From: Singulisphaera sp. GP187
Lineage (GTDB): Bacteria > Planctomycetota > Phycisphaerae > Phycisphaerales > SM1A02
Length of the DNA stretch: 33,906 nt
Assembly: GCA_945896765.1 (NCBI GenBank)
Contig: CAMDEL010000001.1
Location: forward strand, 1-33,906
Direction: 5' to 3'
Under the pieces are notes generated by a model. The model was given only the letters and a program-made list of their open reading frames with translations. It was not told the DNA's origin and made no database searches. Of the stretch, positions 1-9,624 are shown one piece after another (position 1 is the first letter of the stretch; each line of letters starts with the position of its first letter). The position numbers and the translations under genes were made by a program.

Positions 1-25
1 ACATCGGCCCAACTTTCCAAAGCAG

Positions 26-53
26 TTGACAGTTTCACGCAAGTCGATATCAT
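26..53 (+). promoter_or_regulatory. Candidate sigma70-type promoter of the S10 operon (TTGACA, 16 nt, TATCAT)
   Basis: TTGACA at 26-31, a 16-nt spacer and TATCAT at 48-53, about 30 nt upstream of the rpsJ ATG. Sequence match only. Confidence 0.35.
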
Positions 54-85
54 CGCCGATTCGCCCCTGATCTAGGGGAACTACT

Positions 86-391
86 ATGAACGGAACTATT
101 CGCATAAGACTCGAAGCGTACGACCATCAGGTGCTGGATGCCAGCGCCCGTGAAATCGTGGAGCAAACAAAGATCAGTGGCGCACGTGTGGCGGGACCAG
201 TTCCGTTGCCGACTCGCCGCGAAATCTATACCGTCAATCGATCGCCTTTCATCGATAAGAAGAGCCGCGAACAGTTCGAAATCCGAACTCATAAGCGAAT
301 CATCGATATCTCAGATCCAAATTCCAAGACCGTCGATGCATTGAACCGTCTCGTGGTTCCGGCCGGCGTGTTTGTGAAAATCAAAGCCTAA
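86..391 (+). CDS. rpsJ: 30S ribosomal protein S10 (uS10)
   Basis: 101-aa ORF with IRIRLEAYD and [21 protein letters not shown], typical of S10. AGGGGA Shine-Dalgarno upstream. First gene in the canonical S10 operon order. Confidence 0.97.
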   Translation: MNGTIRIRLEAYDHQVLDASAREIVEQTKISGARVAGPVPLPTRREIYTVNRSPFIDKKSREQFEIRTHKRIIDISDPNSKTVDALNRLVVPAGVFVKIKA

Positions 392-411
392 GTTTTACGG
401 AGTCGCATCAA

Positions 412-1098
412 ATGAACACTGCAATCATCGGACGCAAAATTGGAATGACTCGTTGGTTTCTCGACGATGGTCGAAATATTCCAGTCACCGTGATTTCCGC
501 TGGACCATGCTTCGTCACACAAGTGAAGACGAATGCGAAGGACGGATACAGCGCAGTTCAACTTGCATACGAAGATGTCAAGCCACGCCGCAGTTCGATG
601 CCAGTCATCGGTCACGATGCGAAAGCTGGAGTTGCTCCAAAGCGCGTGCACAGCGAGATTCGTTTGGCGAACGATGCAGAAGCAGAAGCATTCACTCTCG
701 GTCAAATGATTGACGCCTCGACCTTCAGCAATGTGAAGTTTGTCGATGTCATCGGAACGAGCAAGGGAAAAGGATTCGCCGGAGTTATGAAGGCGTATCG
801 CTTCAAGGGTCTTTGCGCATCGCACGGTACTGAGCGCAAGCATCGTTCACCTGGTTCCATCGGAAGTCACGGAACGGATCGTGGACACGGTGCAAAAATC
901 AAGAAGGGCAAGAAGATGCCTGGTCGCCTCGGTAACGAGCGCGTCACAACACGAAGTCTCGATGTCATCAGCATCGACGCTGAAAAGAATTTACTTATTG
1001 TGAAGGGGGCGGTCCCCGGCGCAAACTCTGGCTATCTCACTGTTCGAGCTGCAATCCGGCTCTACAAACCAAAGGCAAGGCTCCAGGCCAAGGCATAG
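412..1098 (+). CDS. rplC: 50S ribosomal protein L3 (uL3)
   Basis: 228 aa with the GTSKGKGFAGVMK motif. ACGGAG Shine-Dalgarno. Follows rpsJ. Confidence 0.97.
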   Translation: MNTAIIGRKIGMTRWFLDDGRNIPVTVISAGPCFVTQVKTNAKDGYSAVQLAYEDVKPRRSSMPVIGHDAKAGVAPKRVHSEIRLANDAEAEAFTLGQMIDASTFSNVKFVDVIGTSKGKGFAGVMKAYRFKGLCASHGTERKHRSPGSIGSHGTDRGHGAKIKKGKKMPGRLGNERVTTRSLDVISIDAEKNLLIVKGAVPGANSGYLTVRAAIRLYKPKARLQAKA

Positions 1099-1250
1099 AC
1101 GTCATTTTTCTCACGGACGTCGTGCTTTGTTGTGAAGGCCCAACCGGCGAAAGCCCTCGGGAACCACACGACAAGGACAACTTGAACATCATCCAAGTCA
1201 AACTCTACCCACCGCCTGTTGTGATTGGCGTCGGGAGAGCAAGGCGAAAA

Positions 1251-1266
1251 CGGCGATATATCGCCG
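1251..1266. promoter_or_regulatory. Perfect 16-nt palindrome CGGCGATATATCGCCG abutting the rplD ribosome-binding site
   Basis: Read directly from the sequence. It lies in the unusually long 181-nt rplC-rplD spacer, immediately 5' of AAGGAAA and the rplD ATG at 1280. Confidence 0.3.
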
Positions 1267-1279
1267 AAGGAAACACGAA

Positions 1280-1936
1280 ATGATTGATTTACCAATCTAT
1301 TCTCATGACGGTAAGAAGGTCGACTCTCTCAAGATCGACCCTGTAACGCTCGGCGGCGAAGTTCGCTTTGCATTACTGAAGCAAGCTTATGTTGCGGTTC
1401 ACTTGAACCAAAGACAAGGCTCTGCCCGAACCAAGAGTCGCGGAAGCGTTCATGGTTCGACTCGCAAGATTTACAAGCAAAAAGGAACTGGTGGAGCCCG
1501 CGCAGGCGCCGTTCGTTCTCCAATCCGCAAGGGTGGTGGAGTTGCATTCGCAAAGACGCGAACCCGCGAAGATTTGCGGTCGTCACTTCCAAGAAAGATG
1601 CGACGTCTCGCTAACCGCAACGCTTTGCTCGCGAAGCTTGTTGACGGCGAAGTGAAATGCTTCGATCATCTCAATCTCGCTTCGGGAAAGACCACTGTGT
1701 TTGCAGATTTGCTCACGGTTGTGGGCATCAATCGAACCTGTTTGATTGCGCTCGATCCGAAGAACGATGTCGCTCGACAAAGCGCTGCGAACTTGCCATA
1801 TTCCTCGACCATTCGTGTCGATCAACTCAACGTGTTCGAGCTGCTCAATCACCGATTTCTGGTGATTGACCGTGCAACATTGGTTGCATTCCTCGACGAA
1901 AGTTGCTTTGCAAACTCAGAAGAGGTCAAATCATGA
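1280..1936 (+). CDS. rplD: 50S ribosomal protein L4 (uL4)
   Basis: 218 aa with KQKGTGGARAGAVRSPIRKGGGVAF, the uL4 signature region. Confidence 0.96.
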   Translation: MIDLPIYSHDGKKVDSLKIDPVTLGGEVRFALLKQAYVAVHLNQRQGSARTKSRGSVHGSTRKIYKQKGTGGARAGAVRSPIRKGGGVAFAKTRTREDLRSSLPRKMRRLANRNALLAKLVDGEVKCFDHLNLASGKTTVFADLLTVVGINRTCLIALDPKNDVARQSAANLPYSSTIRVDQLNVFELLNHRFLVIDRATLVAFLDESCFANSEEVKS

Positions 1937-2211
1937 TTCCGACCGAAGTCATTCGTCGCCCTCTGATCACCGAAAAAGCAAACGCAGGCGCGAGCGATGT
2001 CAATCGCTACACCTTCGAGATTGATGGACGAGCCAACAAGACTGATGTCAAGTTGGCTGTTGTAGCGCTGTACAAAGTTCGTGTTCTTGGCGTCAGCGTC
2101 AACAACCGAAAAGGCGAAGATCGCCGCGCGAAATTCGGCCTCATTCCAGGCAAGTGGGTCAAGCATGCGATCGTTCGTGTGCATCCCGAAGACCGGATCG
2201 AACTCTTCTGA
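1933..2211 (+). CDS. rplW: 50S ribosomal protein L23 (uL23)
   Basis: The ATG at 1933 overlaps the rplD stop as ATGA. The product starts MIPTEVIRRPLITEKA. A purine-rich Shine-Dalgarno (AGAAGAGG) lies upstream. The ORF-track start at 1903 is a TTG inside rplD and is less likely. Confidence 0.93.
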   Translation: MIPTEVIRRPLITEKANAGASDVNRYTFEIDGRANKTDVKLAVVALYKVRVLGVSVNNRKGEDRRAKFGLIPGKWVKHAIVRVHPEDRIELF

Positions 2212-2235
2212 TTTGATACTGGAGCATAGAAACCC

Positions 2236-3090
2236 ATGACGATTCGAGTTTACAAACCAGTCACGAATAGCCGCCGCAACGCGTCGGTCAATTTGCACAC
2301 TGAAGTCACCAAGAAGAAGCCAGAAAAAAGCCTGCTTCGTCCATTGCCAAAAACTGGTGGACGAAATTGCCAAGGAAAGTTGACCGTTATTCAACAAGGT
2401 GGTGGACATAAGCGCCGCTATCGTCTGATTGATTGGCGTCGTACGAAAGATGATGAGCCAGCTTTGGTCGTCGGAGTTGAATACGATCCAAATCGCTCGT
2501 GCCATCTTGCGCTTCTGAAGTATGCAGATGGAAGCATGCGATACATCCTTGCTCCAAAGAACATCAAGGTTGGATCGAATGTTCTCAGTTCAGCAAAGCA
2601 GATCGATCCTGATGTTGGAAATTGCATGACGCTTCGTCATATTCCAACAGGTCTCGAACTGCACGCAATCGAAATGGTTCCTGGACGCGGCGCACAATTA
2701 GTTCGCTCTGCAGGAATGTCAGCTCGTCTGACAAATAAAGAAGGTCGCTTCGCAACTCTCGTGATGCCATCTGGCGAAATTCGTCAGGTCTCTCTCGATT
2801 GTCGCGCAACAATCGGTCCAGTTGGAAACGCAGATCACGCGCTTGTCAAACTTGGCAAAGCAGGTCGAGCTCGTTGGCTCGGACGACGTCCACGCACTCG
2901 CGGTATGGCGATGAGTCATCATCAGCATCCGCACGGAGGTGGTGAAGGTCGTTCGAAGGGTGGACAGATTCCATCGAATGCAAGCAACACACCATCAAAG
3001 GGCGGTCGCACTCGTTTGCGCGGCAAGGCTAGTGATGAACGAATTCTTCGACGTCGATTCAGTCGTCGTTACGGTCAATTGAAAGTCTAA
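2236..3090 (+). CDS. rplB: 50S ribosomal protein L2 (uL2)
   Basis: 284 aa with GGGHKRRYR and HQHPHGGGEGR motifs. Confidence 0.97.
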   Translation: MTIRVYKPVTNSRRNASVNLHTEVTKKKPEKSLLRPLPKTGGRNCQGKLTVIQQGGGHKRRYRLIDWRRTKDDEPALVVGVEYDPNRSCHLALLKYADGSMRYILAPKNIKVGSNVLSSAKQIDPDVGNCMTLRHIPTGLELHAIEMVPGRGAQLVRSAGMSARLTNKEGRFATLVMPSGEIRQVSLDCRATIGPVGNADHALVKLGKAGRARWLGRRPRTRGMAMSHHQHPHGGGEGRSKGGQIPSNASNTPSKGGRTRLRGKASDERILRRRFSRRYGQLKV

Positions 3091-3123
3091 TTTTCGGTCT
3101 ATTTACTCAGGAGATTACGAAAC

Positions 3124-3414
3124 ATGTCTCGATCATCAAAGAAAGGTCCCGCAGTTGACGAAAAGCTCTTCCGCAAGGTCGAAGCAATTCAACCGGGAAG
3201 CCGACGTCTGCCAATCAAGACTTGGCGCCGCGCATGCACGATCGTCCCCGAATTTGTGGGTACGACATTTCAAGTGCACAACGGACGCATGTTCATTGAT
3301 GTCTTCGTGACTGAAGACATGGTTGGACACAAGCTTGGCGAGTTTTCAATGACGCGTTCCTTCCGAGGACACACGAACAAGAAGGAAGGCATCGCCGGCG
3401 GCGAGAAGTCCTGA
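3124..3414 (+). CDS. rpsS: 30S ribosomal protein S19 (uS19)
   Basis: 96 aa with [29 protein letters not shown] Shine-Dalgarno. Confidence 0.97.
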   Translation: MSRSSKKGPAVDEKLFRKVEAIQPGSRRLPIKTWRRACTIVPEFVGTTFQVHNGRMFIDVFVTEDMVGHKLGEFSMTRSFRGHTNKKEGIAGGEKS

Positions 3415-3437
3415 ATCTGATTCATCTGGAGATACCT

Positions 3438-3773
3438 ATGGCATATACAGCTACACATCGTCACTGCCGAATCGCACCGCGAAAAGTTCGTTTGGTCATT
3501 GACATGATCCGCGGACTTGATGTCGCAAGTGCAATGGCTCGTCTGGACTTCAGCCCGCGCCGCGGCGCAGTGTTCGTGAAGGTTGTGCTCAAGAGCGCAA
3601 TCGCCAATGCAGAAGAGAAGGATGCCGATGTTGGCTCACTCTTCATCAAAGAAACAAAGGTGGACGAAGGTCCAATCATCAAGCGCTTTCAGCCGAAAGA
3701 CCGTGGGCGCTCACATCCAATCAAGAAGCGCACATGTCATATCTATGTGACTGTCGCTGAGCGCAAATCCTGA
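3438..3773 (+). CDS. rplV: 50S ribosomal protein L22 (uL22)
   Basis: 111 aa with RIAPRKVRLVIDMIRG and the KRFQPKDRGRSHPIKKRTCHI tail. Confidence 0.96.
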   Translation: MAYTATHRHCRIAPRKVRLVIDMIRGLDVASAMARLDFSPRRGAVFVKVVLKSAIANAEEKDADVGSLFIKETKVDEGPIIKRFQPKDRGRSHPIKKRTCHIYVTVAERKS

Positions 3774-3783
3774 GGCTTTCAAT

Positions 3784-4491
3784 ATGGGTCAAAAAACACA
3801 TCCATTTGGTTTTCGAGTCGGCATCACTGAAGCGCACAAGAGCCGTTGGTTTGCTCCGAAAGCTCTCTTTGGTGAATTGTTGGTCGAGGATTACAAGATC
3901 CGCCAGTTCATTGACAAGCGATTGAATCGCACACCTCCCTTTGCGGCGGTGAGCGACATTCTCATCGAGCGAACGCGCGAAGAATTGACTGTCGTCATCA
4001 AGACGGCGCGTCCTGGCCAAGTGCTTGGACTCAAGGGTTCCGGCAAGGAACAATTGGTCAATGAACTTCAAGCGTTGACGAGTCGCAAAGTCGCCGTGAA
4101 TGTTGTTGAAGTTCGCAATCCAGAAATTGATGCAAGACTCATCGCAGAAACAATGGCAGAACAATTGAAGAAGCGCGCGAATTTTCGTCGCCTCATCAAG
4201 CAGCGCTGCGAAAGTGCAATGCAGAATGGTGCAAAGGGAATTCGAATTCTCTTGGCAGGTCGTTTGGGCGGCGCAGAAATGAGCCGAACACTTGATATGC
4301 GACTTGGATCGATTCCACGTTCAACCTTGCAGGCACATGTTGATTACGCGCTCGCGCATTCATTCACAACCTATGGCGCGCTTGGCGTCAAAGTGTGGGT
4401 CTATCGCGGCATGTATTCCGCTGCTGAAACTCAACCCGAATATCAATCCAATGCAGCGGGCGGTCGAGCCCGTGCGCGTGGAAGACGCTGA
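3784..4491 (+). CDS. rpsC: 30S ribosomal protein S3 (uS3)
   Basis: 235 aa. MGQKTHPFGFRVGI N-terminus followed by the KH and S3-C regions. Confidence 0.97.
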   Translation: MGQKTHPFGFRVGITEAHKSRWFAPKALFGELLVEDYKIRQFIDKRLNRTPPFAAVSDILIERTREELTVVIKTARPGQVLGLKGSGKEQLVNELQALTSRKVAVNVVEVRNPEIDARLIAETMAEQLKKRANFRRLIKQRCESAMQNGAKGIRILLAGRLGGAEMSRTLDMRLGSIPRSTLQAHVDYALAHSFTTYGALGVKVWVYRGMYSAAETQPEYQSNAAGGRARARGRR

Positions 4492-4522
4492 TCTGAACTG
4501 AACCCAGAAAAGAAAAGAAGAC

Positions 4523-4942
4523 ATGAAACTACTTCCATCACGAGTCAAGTACCGCAAGCAACAGCGCGGCAAGATGAAGGGCTGCGCAACACGCGGCAAC
4601 TATGTCGCCTTCGGAGATTATGGATTGCAATCACTGGAAACAGTGTGGCTGAGCGGTCGTCAAATCGATGCAGGCCGTATTGCAGCTCAGCATTTCCTTC
4701 GTCGCCAAGGCAAACTCTATATTCGAGTTTTCCCAGAGAAGCCGATTTCGAAGAAGCCTTTGGAAACCCGAATGGGTACTGGAAAAGCTGAAGTCGAATA
4801 TTGGGCAGCATGCGTGAAGCCTGGAACAATTCTCTTCGAAGTCGAAGGTGTTCCAGAAGATTTGGCGAAGCAAGCTTTGGCGCGTGTGGCGCACAAGATG
4901 CCGATTCGCTGCAGAATGGTTGCCCGTCGTTTGGCAGTATAA
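4523..4942 (+). CDS. rplP: 50S ribosomal protein L16 (uL16)
   Basis: 139 aa with RMGTGKAEVEYWAACVKPGTILFE. Confidence 0.97.
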   Translation: MKLLPSRVKYRKQQRGKMKGCATRGNYVAFGDYGLQSLETVWLSGRQIDAGRIAAQHFLRRQGKLYIRVFPEKPISKKPLETRMGTGKAEVEYWAACVKPGTILFEVEGVPEDLAKQALARVAHKMPIRCRMVARRLAV

Positions 4943-4987
4943 CGAGATAGATACACGAGATAGATATTTAAGCAAGGAACTGAATCA

Positions 4988-5320
4988 ATGGAAATGAATG
5001 AAATCAAGAAAATGAATGACGAAGACTTGGGCCTCGAAAGCGCCCGAGTCCGTCGCGCGCTGTTCAATCTCAAGTCGCAAGTTGTGACTGAAAAGATCAA
5101 GGACTCTTCTCAGTTCGGCAAGATGCGAGTCGAACTCGCTCGGCTGTTGACTGAAGAGTCGTCGCGCCGAGTCGCAAAGAATCCACCAGTTTCTCGCAAG
5201 AAAGTTGCGAAAGCTCCAGTCGTAAAGAAAATAGCCGCCAAGAAGCCAGGTGCAAAGCGATCCGATCTGAAGAAGTTCGAAGCCGGCAAGCTTGTTGAAG
5301 GAAAGAAGGTGATGTCTTGA
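4988..5320 (+). CDS. rpmC: 50S ribosomal protein L29 (uL29) with a Lys-rich C-terminal extension
   Basis: 110 aa. The first ~65 aa resemble L29 (LRRALFNLKSQ). The remainder is a K/A/P-rich tail. AAGGAA Shine-Dalgarno 8 nt upstream. Confidence 0.92.
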   Translation: MEMNEIKKMNDEDLGLESARVRRALFNLKSQVVTEKIKDSSQFGKMRVELARLLTEESSRRVAKNPPVSRKKVAKAPVVKKIAAKKPGAKRSDLKKFEAGKLVEGKKVMS

Positions 5321-5709
5321 GTCGTAAATCCCCAGTTGTGATTCCAGAGAAAAGCCCTCGCCTGATCGGCATGGTCGATCGAGATGTGCAAGATCGAACA
5401 CGACGTGTTGTCATTCAATATTCCGCCAGACATCCACGCTATGGAAAGTATGTCCGCAAGCGCACAGTTCTGCAGATTCATGATGAAACTAACGACTCGC
5501 ATGCGGGTGACCGCGTGGAGATCGCAGAGTGCCGTCCAGTGTCACGAACCAAGCGCTGGGCGCTTGTTCGGATTGTTGAACGCGCACCAATGAAGGCAGA
5601 AATGGTTTATGGCGAAACAGTCAAGGCCAAAGATCCTTTGAAGGATGCTGGCAAGCCAACGACCAAAACTGCGAGCAAAACAGCACCAAAGAAGTCAGTC
5701 AAGAAGTAA
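5317..5709 (+). CDS. rpsQ: 30S ribosomal protein S17 (uS17) with a basic C-terminal extension
   Basis: The TTG start overlaps the rpmC stop. The S17 core runs [16 protein letters not shown] through [18 protein letters not shown]. The exact start is less certain than the product. Confidence 0.9.
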   Translation: MSRKSPVVIPEKSPRLIGMVDRDVQDRTRRVVIQYSARHPRYGKYVRKRTVLQIHDETNDSHAGDRVEIAECRPVSRTKRWALVRIVERAPMKAEMVYGETVKAKDPLKDAGKPTTKTASKTAPKKSVKK

Positions 5710-5732
5710 AGAAATTAACGGAGACCTCAGCG

Positions 5733-6119
5733 ATGATTCAAAAAGAGAGCAGACTTGAAGTAGCCGACAACAGTGGCGCACGTGAAGCCATGGTGATCGG
5801 TGTGCTTGGATCAAGTACCGCTCGAGGACGCTTCACGCGTCTTTCGATGTCGGTCGGCGATCGAGTTCGTGTTGCAATTAAAGCAGCAATTCCCAATGGT
5901 GACGTGAAGTCCGGGGACAAAGCACTTGCAGTGATTGTGCGCGTCAAATATCCAGTTCGTCGTAATGACGGCTCCTACGTTCGGTTCGATTCGAATGCAT
6001 GCGTTCTGATCGATGATGATGGTAATCCCAAGGGCACGCGCATCTTCGGCGCGGTTGCACGTGAACTTCGGGAAAAGAATTACATGAAAATCGTTTCCCT
6101 CGCGCCAGAGGTGGTCTAA
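5733..6119 (+). CDS. rplN: 50S ribosomal protein L14 (uL14)
   Basis: 128 aa. [18 protein letters not shown]-terminus. Confidence 0.97.
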   Translation: MIQKESRLEVADNSGAREAMVIGVLGSSTARGRFTRLSMSVGDRVRVAIKAAIPNGDVKSGDKALAVIVRVKYPVRRNDGSYVRFDSNACVLIDDDGNPKGTRIFGAVARELREKNYMKIVSLAPEVV

Positions 6120-6123
6120 TCCC

Positions 6124-6477
6124 ATGCCGCTCCATGTAAAAAAAGGCGATCTTGTCGTTGTTACCGCAGGAAATAACCGCGGTGAAACTGGTGAAATTAT
6201 CACGGTGGATCGCAAGGCGATGCGCGTGATTGTCAAAGGCGTCAATGTGCGCAAGCGCAATATGAAGCCCAACCAGCAACAGCCAAAGGGTTTCGTGATC
6301 GAGAAAGAACTCTCGATTCACATTTCCAATGTCAGCCCCGTCGTTGATGGGAAACCATCGCGCGTTCGATTTGTCACCAAGCCTGATGGTTCGAAGGTTC
6401 GTCTTTCAGCGCGAAACAATAGTGAATTGCATGTGCTGAGACGTGCGACCAAGTCCAAGACCAAGTCCAAGTCCTGA
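6124..6477 (+). CDS. rplX: 50S ribosomal protein L24 (uL24)
   Basis: 117 aa with a KOW motif, KKGDLVVVTAGNNRGETGEI. Confidence 0.96.
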   Translation: MPLHVKKGDLVVVTAGNNRGETGEIITVDRKAMRVIVKGVNVRKRNMKPNQQQPKGFVIEKELSIHISNVSPVVDGKPSRVRFVTKPDGSKVRLSARNNSELHVLRRATKSKTKSKS

Positions 6478-6487
6478 AGGAGTATCA

Positions 6488-7117
6488 ATGAGCAAGAAAG
6501 AAATACCAACATCGCTTCCTGAACCTCGACTGCGTCGGGCGTATCGCGAAGAAGTTTCCGCCCGAGTTCTGAAGGAATTCGGCATGAAGAACATTCATCA
6601 ATTGCCAAGGATTGACAAGGTTGTGATCAACGTTGGAGTTGGTCGTCACCTCGAGAATCAGAAACTGAAGCCTGAGTATCGCGACGCTGTGATTGGCACA
6701 CTCTCGACAATCTCTGGACAGAAGCCAATCATGATTCTTGCAAAGAAAGCAGTTTCGAACTTCAAGGTTCGAGAAGGTGCGCCAAGTGCATTCATGGTGA
6801 CTCTGCGCCGCGAACGCATGTGGAATTTTCTTGATCGTTTGATCAACCTCGCCATGCCACGTATCAAGGATTTCCGCGGCGTGTCGGACAAGACATTCGA
6901 CCGTCAAGGAAATTTTGCGATGGGATTGAGCGAACAGGCTGTTTGGCCTGAAATCAACATGGCAAACATCAATCACTCGCACGGAATGAACATCAACATC
7001 GTCTTCACGCATAGCGATCCAAAGAAAAGCCGGCTTGTCTTGGCTGAACTTGGAATGCCGTTCGTGAAGCCAGAAGAAACATCAAGCAAGCCAGTTGCAG
7101 CAGCTGCTGCTCAATAA
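6488..7117 (+). CDS. rplE: 50S ribosomal protein L5 (uL5)
   Basis: The ATG at 6488 is preceded by GAAGGAG. The ORF-track start at 6443 is a GTG inside rplX. The L5 core includes LENQKL and VSNFKVREG. Confidence 0.94.
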   Translation: MSKKEIPTSLPEPRLRRAYREEVSARVLKEFGMKNIHQLPRIDKVVINVGVGRHLENQKLKPEYRDAVIGTLSTISGQKPIMILAKKAVSNFKVREGAPSAFMVTLRRERMWNFLDRLINLAMPRIKDFRGVSDKTFDRQGNFAMGLSEQAVWPEINMANINHSHGMNINIVFTHSDPKKSRLVLAELGMPFVKPEETSSKPVAAAAAQ

Positions 7118-7125
7118 GGAGAACT

Positions 7126-7311
7126 ATGGCAAGTAAACGCGTATTTGCAAAAATGAAGATTGCGCCGAAGTTTTCGACGCGAAAACGAAATCGCTGCGAG
7201 ATCACGGGGCATGCCCGCTCGTATTACAGAAAGTTCAGAATCAGTCGTCACATGTTGCGCCAGTTGGCGTTGCTGGGAATGATCCCAGGCATGCGAAAAG
7301 CTTCGTGGTAA
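7126..7311 (+). CDS. rpsN: 30S ribosomal protein S14, short (61-aa) form lacking three of the four zinc-ligand cysteines
   Basis: 61 aa ending in PGMRKASW. It aligns by eye with type-Z S14, but only the first Cys position is retained: RNRCEITG and RISRHM instead of CxxC and CxxC. Confidence 0.94.
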   Translation: MASKRVFAKMKIAPKFSTRKRNRCEITGHARSYYRKFRISRHMLRQLALLGMIPGMRKASW

Positions 7312-7360
7312 TTCACTACGCCGATATTTATTACTCAGGACAATATTCAAGGACCAAACC

Positions 7361-7759
7361 ATGTCATTGCAAGATCTAACCGCCGATATGTTGACCCGCA
7401 TCCGTAATGCTGTGTCTATTCGCCGCAAGAACGTGACTTGCCTCAATAACCGCCTCAATCGAGGAGTTTTAGAGGTGTTGCGCGACGAAGGTTTCATTAT
7501 GGGATTCGAAGTGATCCCAGACGGACGCCAAGGACTTCTGCGTGTCCAATTGAAGTATGGACCTCGTGGAGAAACGCTGATCAATCGCATTGATCGCGTT
7601 TCCCATTCAGGATGCCGCGTGTATTGCGGGGCCGAATCAATGCCCCGACTTCTTGAAGGACTTGGGATCACGGTGGTCTCAACAAGCCAAGGCGTGATGA
7701 GTGACCGCAAGGCTCGTGAAATGCGCGTAGGCGGCGAAGTTGTGTGCGCCGTTTCGTAA
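7361..7759 (+). CDS. rpsH: 30S ribosomal protein S8 (uS8)
   Basis: 132 aa with DMLTRIRNA and GGEVVCAVS, the hallmark S8 ends. Confidence 0.97.
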   Translation: MSLQDLTADMLTRIRNAVSIRRKNVTCLNNRLNRGVLEVLRDEGFIMGFEVIPDGRQGLLRVQLKYGPRGETLINRIDRVSHSGCRVYCGAESMPRLLEGLGITVVSTSQGVMSDRKAREMRVGGEVVCAVS

Positions 7760-7810
7760 ACGAATACTGATGTAAGCACTCGAAGAATAGAAGAACAGAA
7801 AGAACCACCC

Positions 7811-8374
7811 ATGAGCCGAATCGGAAAACAACTCATTCCCGTCCCAGCCACTGTGAAAATCACAGTCAATGCTGCGACGAAGACTGTCAGCATTCAGGGT
7901 CCGAAAGGGAATAACTCTTTCACCTATCGACCAGAGATGGTCGTTGCATATGACGACAAGACCAAGACTATTTCTTGCACCATTGATGATGTTTCACGAA
8001 TGGAAGAAGGAAATCGTCGCGCATATTGGGGAACAACTCGCGCAGTGATCAACAAGATGGTCAAGGGCGTGTCAGAAGGATTCACCCGCAAGCTTGAAGT
8101 GGTCGGCGTGGGATGGACGTCCAAACTCCAAGGCAAGAAATTGATTCTCTCCGTGGGATATTGCAATCCGATCGAATTGATGCTTCCAGAAGGCGTCGCA
8201 TGCACGATCGACAACAACACAATCATCAATCTCTCTGGCGTCGACGCACAGAAGGTTGGAGCGTTCGCAAGTTTGATTCGCAGTCAACGAAAGCCAGAAC
8301 CATATAACGGTAAAGGCATCAAGTATTCCGATGAAGTCATTCAACGGAAGAAGGGCAAGGCATTCGGCGCCTAA
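7811..8374 (+). CDS. rplF: 50S ribosomal protein L6 (uL6)
   Basis: 187 aa. [13 protein letters not shown]-terminus and a [12 protein letters not shown] motif. Confidence 0.97.
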   Translation: MSRIGKQLIPVPATVKITVNAATKTVSIQGPKGNNSFTYRPEMVVAYDDKTKTISCTIDDVSRMEEGNRRAYWGTTRAVINKMVKGVSEGFTRKLEVVGVGWTSKLQGKKLILSVGYCNPIELMLPEGVACTIDNNTIINLSGVDAQKVGAFASLIRSQRKPEPYNGKGIKYSDEVIQRKKGKAFGA

Positions 8375-8394
8375 GGCGCTCGAAAGGAATTCCA

Positions 8395-8757
8395 ATGGAT
8401 ATTTGCACACAAAAACGAACTCGACGCAGCCGACGACGCAAGGGACTTCGCAAGACCCTTCGTGGAACTCCGATGCGACCACGCTTGGCGGTCTTCCGAT
8501 CACCACGCCACATTTATGTTCAGATCATCGACGATTTGGCTGGGCGCACGCTCGCTGCTGCATCATCGAAGGACAAAGAATTTGCAGGCAAAGTCGGTGG
8601 CAACTCGGACGCGGCAACCGCCGTCGGACGTGCAGTCGCCGAACGCGCGATCAAGGCCGGCGTTGGCCAAGTGGTTTTCGATCGAGGTGGATACCTCTAT
8701 CACGGACGAGTCAAGGCGTTGGCCGAAGCAGCACGCGCAGCAGGACTCAAATTCTAA
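8395..8757 (+). CDS. rplR: 50S ribosomal protein L18 (uL18)
   Basis: 120 aa with [20 protein letters not shown] and a [13 protein letters not shown] tail. Confidence 0.96.
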   Translation: MDICTQKRTRRSRRRKGLRKTLRGTPMRPRLAVFRSPRHIYVQIIDDLAGRTLAAASSKDKEFAGKVGGNSDAATAVGRAVAERAIKAGVGQVVFDRGGYLYHGRVKALAEAARAAGLKF

Positions 8758-8793
8758 ATTAATGCTTTTTATTGAAAGATTCAGAGAACAAAT

Positions 8794-9591
8794 ATGAACG
8801 ATAACTTTGATGACAGTGGCGTAGACGCAACAACAGTGAAGGTGTTCCGAACATCCTCCACCGTGGCAGGTGGTCGACGATTCAGCTTCGGCGCACTCGT
8901 CGTGGTCGGTGATCGACACGGCAAGGTTGCAGTTGGATATGCAAAGAGCAATCAAGTTCCAACGAGTGTTGAGAAAGCCACGCGTGAAGGTCGTCGCAAA
9001 TTAAAGGCTTATCCAATGCAAGGTCGAACGCTTCCGCATTCCGTCGAAGGTCGTTTCGGCGCATCGACGGTTCGTTTGGTTCCAGCAAGTCCTGGTACAG
9101 GCGTCATCGCAGGTGCATCAGTTCGTGCAGTTCTCGACATGCTCGGCGTTCAGGATTGCTTGACGAAAGCGTATGGATCCACGAACGCAAAGAATTTAGT
9201 CAAGGCAACATTCGCTGCACTCGACATGCTCCGAACGCGCGAGCAAGTTGAGAAACTTCGCGGCGTGACCCTTGGAACAACCACAGTCGAAGATGCAATT
9301 GCTCGCGGTGTAGCAGCAATGCCATCACAGCGTTCGGGTGAACGCGCAGCAGCTCCAGTCAACACCGTTGGCGATGAACGCCGACGCGGTGGTGGCGGCG
9401 GCGGCGGTGGTGGTGGCGGTGGAAATCGCTTCGGTGGTGGTGGCGGCGGCGGAGGTGGTGGAGGTCGGCCAAGTGGTGGACGTCCGCGTACCGACGGCGG
9501 CGCAGCGCCAGCTTCAGATTCAGCGCCAGCTTCAGCCCCGGCCCCGGCTTCAGCAGCACCAGAGAGTATTACACCCCCGGTTCAGTCTTGA
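8794..9591 (+). CDS. rpsE: 30S ribosomal protein S5 (uS5) with a ~70-aa Arg/Gly then Pro/Ala/Ser C-terminal tail
   Basis: 265 aa. The S5 core has [15 protein letters not shown]. The tail runs RRRG(11)NRFG(11)RPSGGRP followed by PAS repeats. Confidence 0.95.
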   Translation: MNDNFDDSGVDATTVKVFRTSSTVAGGRRFSFGALVVVGDRHGKVAVGYAKSNQVPTSVEKATREGRRKLKAYPMQGRTLPHSVEGRFGASTVRLVPASPGTGVIAGASVRAVLDMLGVQDCLTKAYGSTNAKNLVKATFAALDMLRTREQVEKLRGVTLGTTTVEDAIARGVAAMPSQRSGERAAAPVNTVGDERRRGGGGGGGGGGGGNRFGGGGGGGGGGGRPSGGRPRTDGGAAPASDSAPASAPAPASAAPESITPPVQS

Positions 9592-9624
9592 TTCGCAGTT
9601 CATTTTAGATGAGGAAATAAAGCC

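Noticed and set aside
7111-7893. 260-aa minus-strand ORF antisense to rpsN, rpsH and rplF
   Set aside because: It is a shadow ORF that crosses three well-supported ribosomal protein genes and their intergenic regions.
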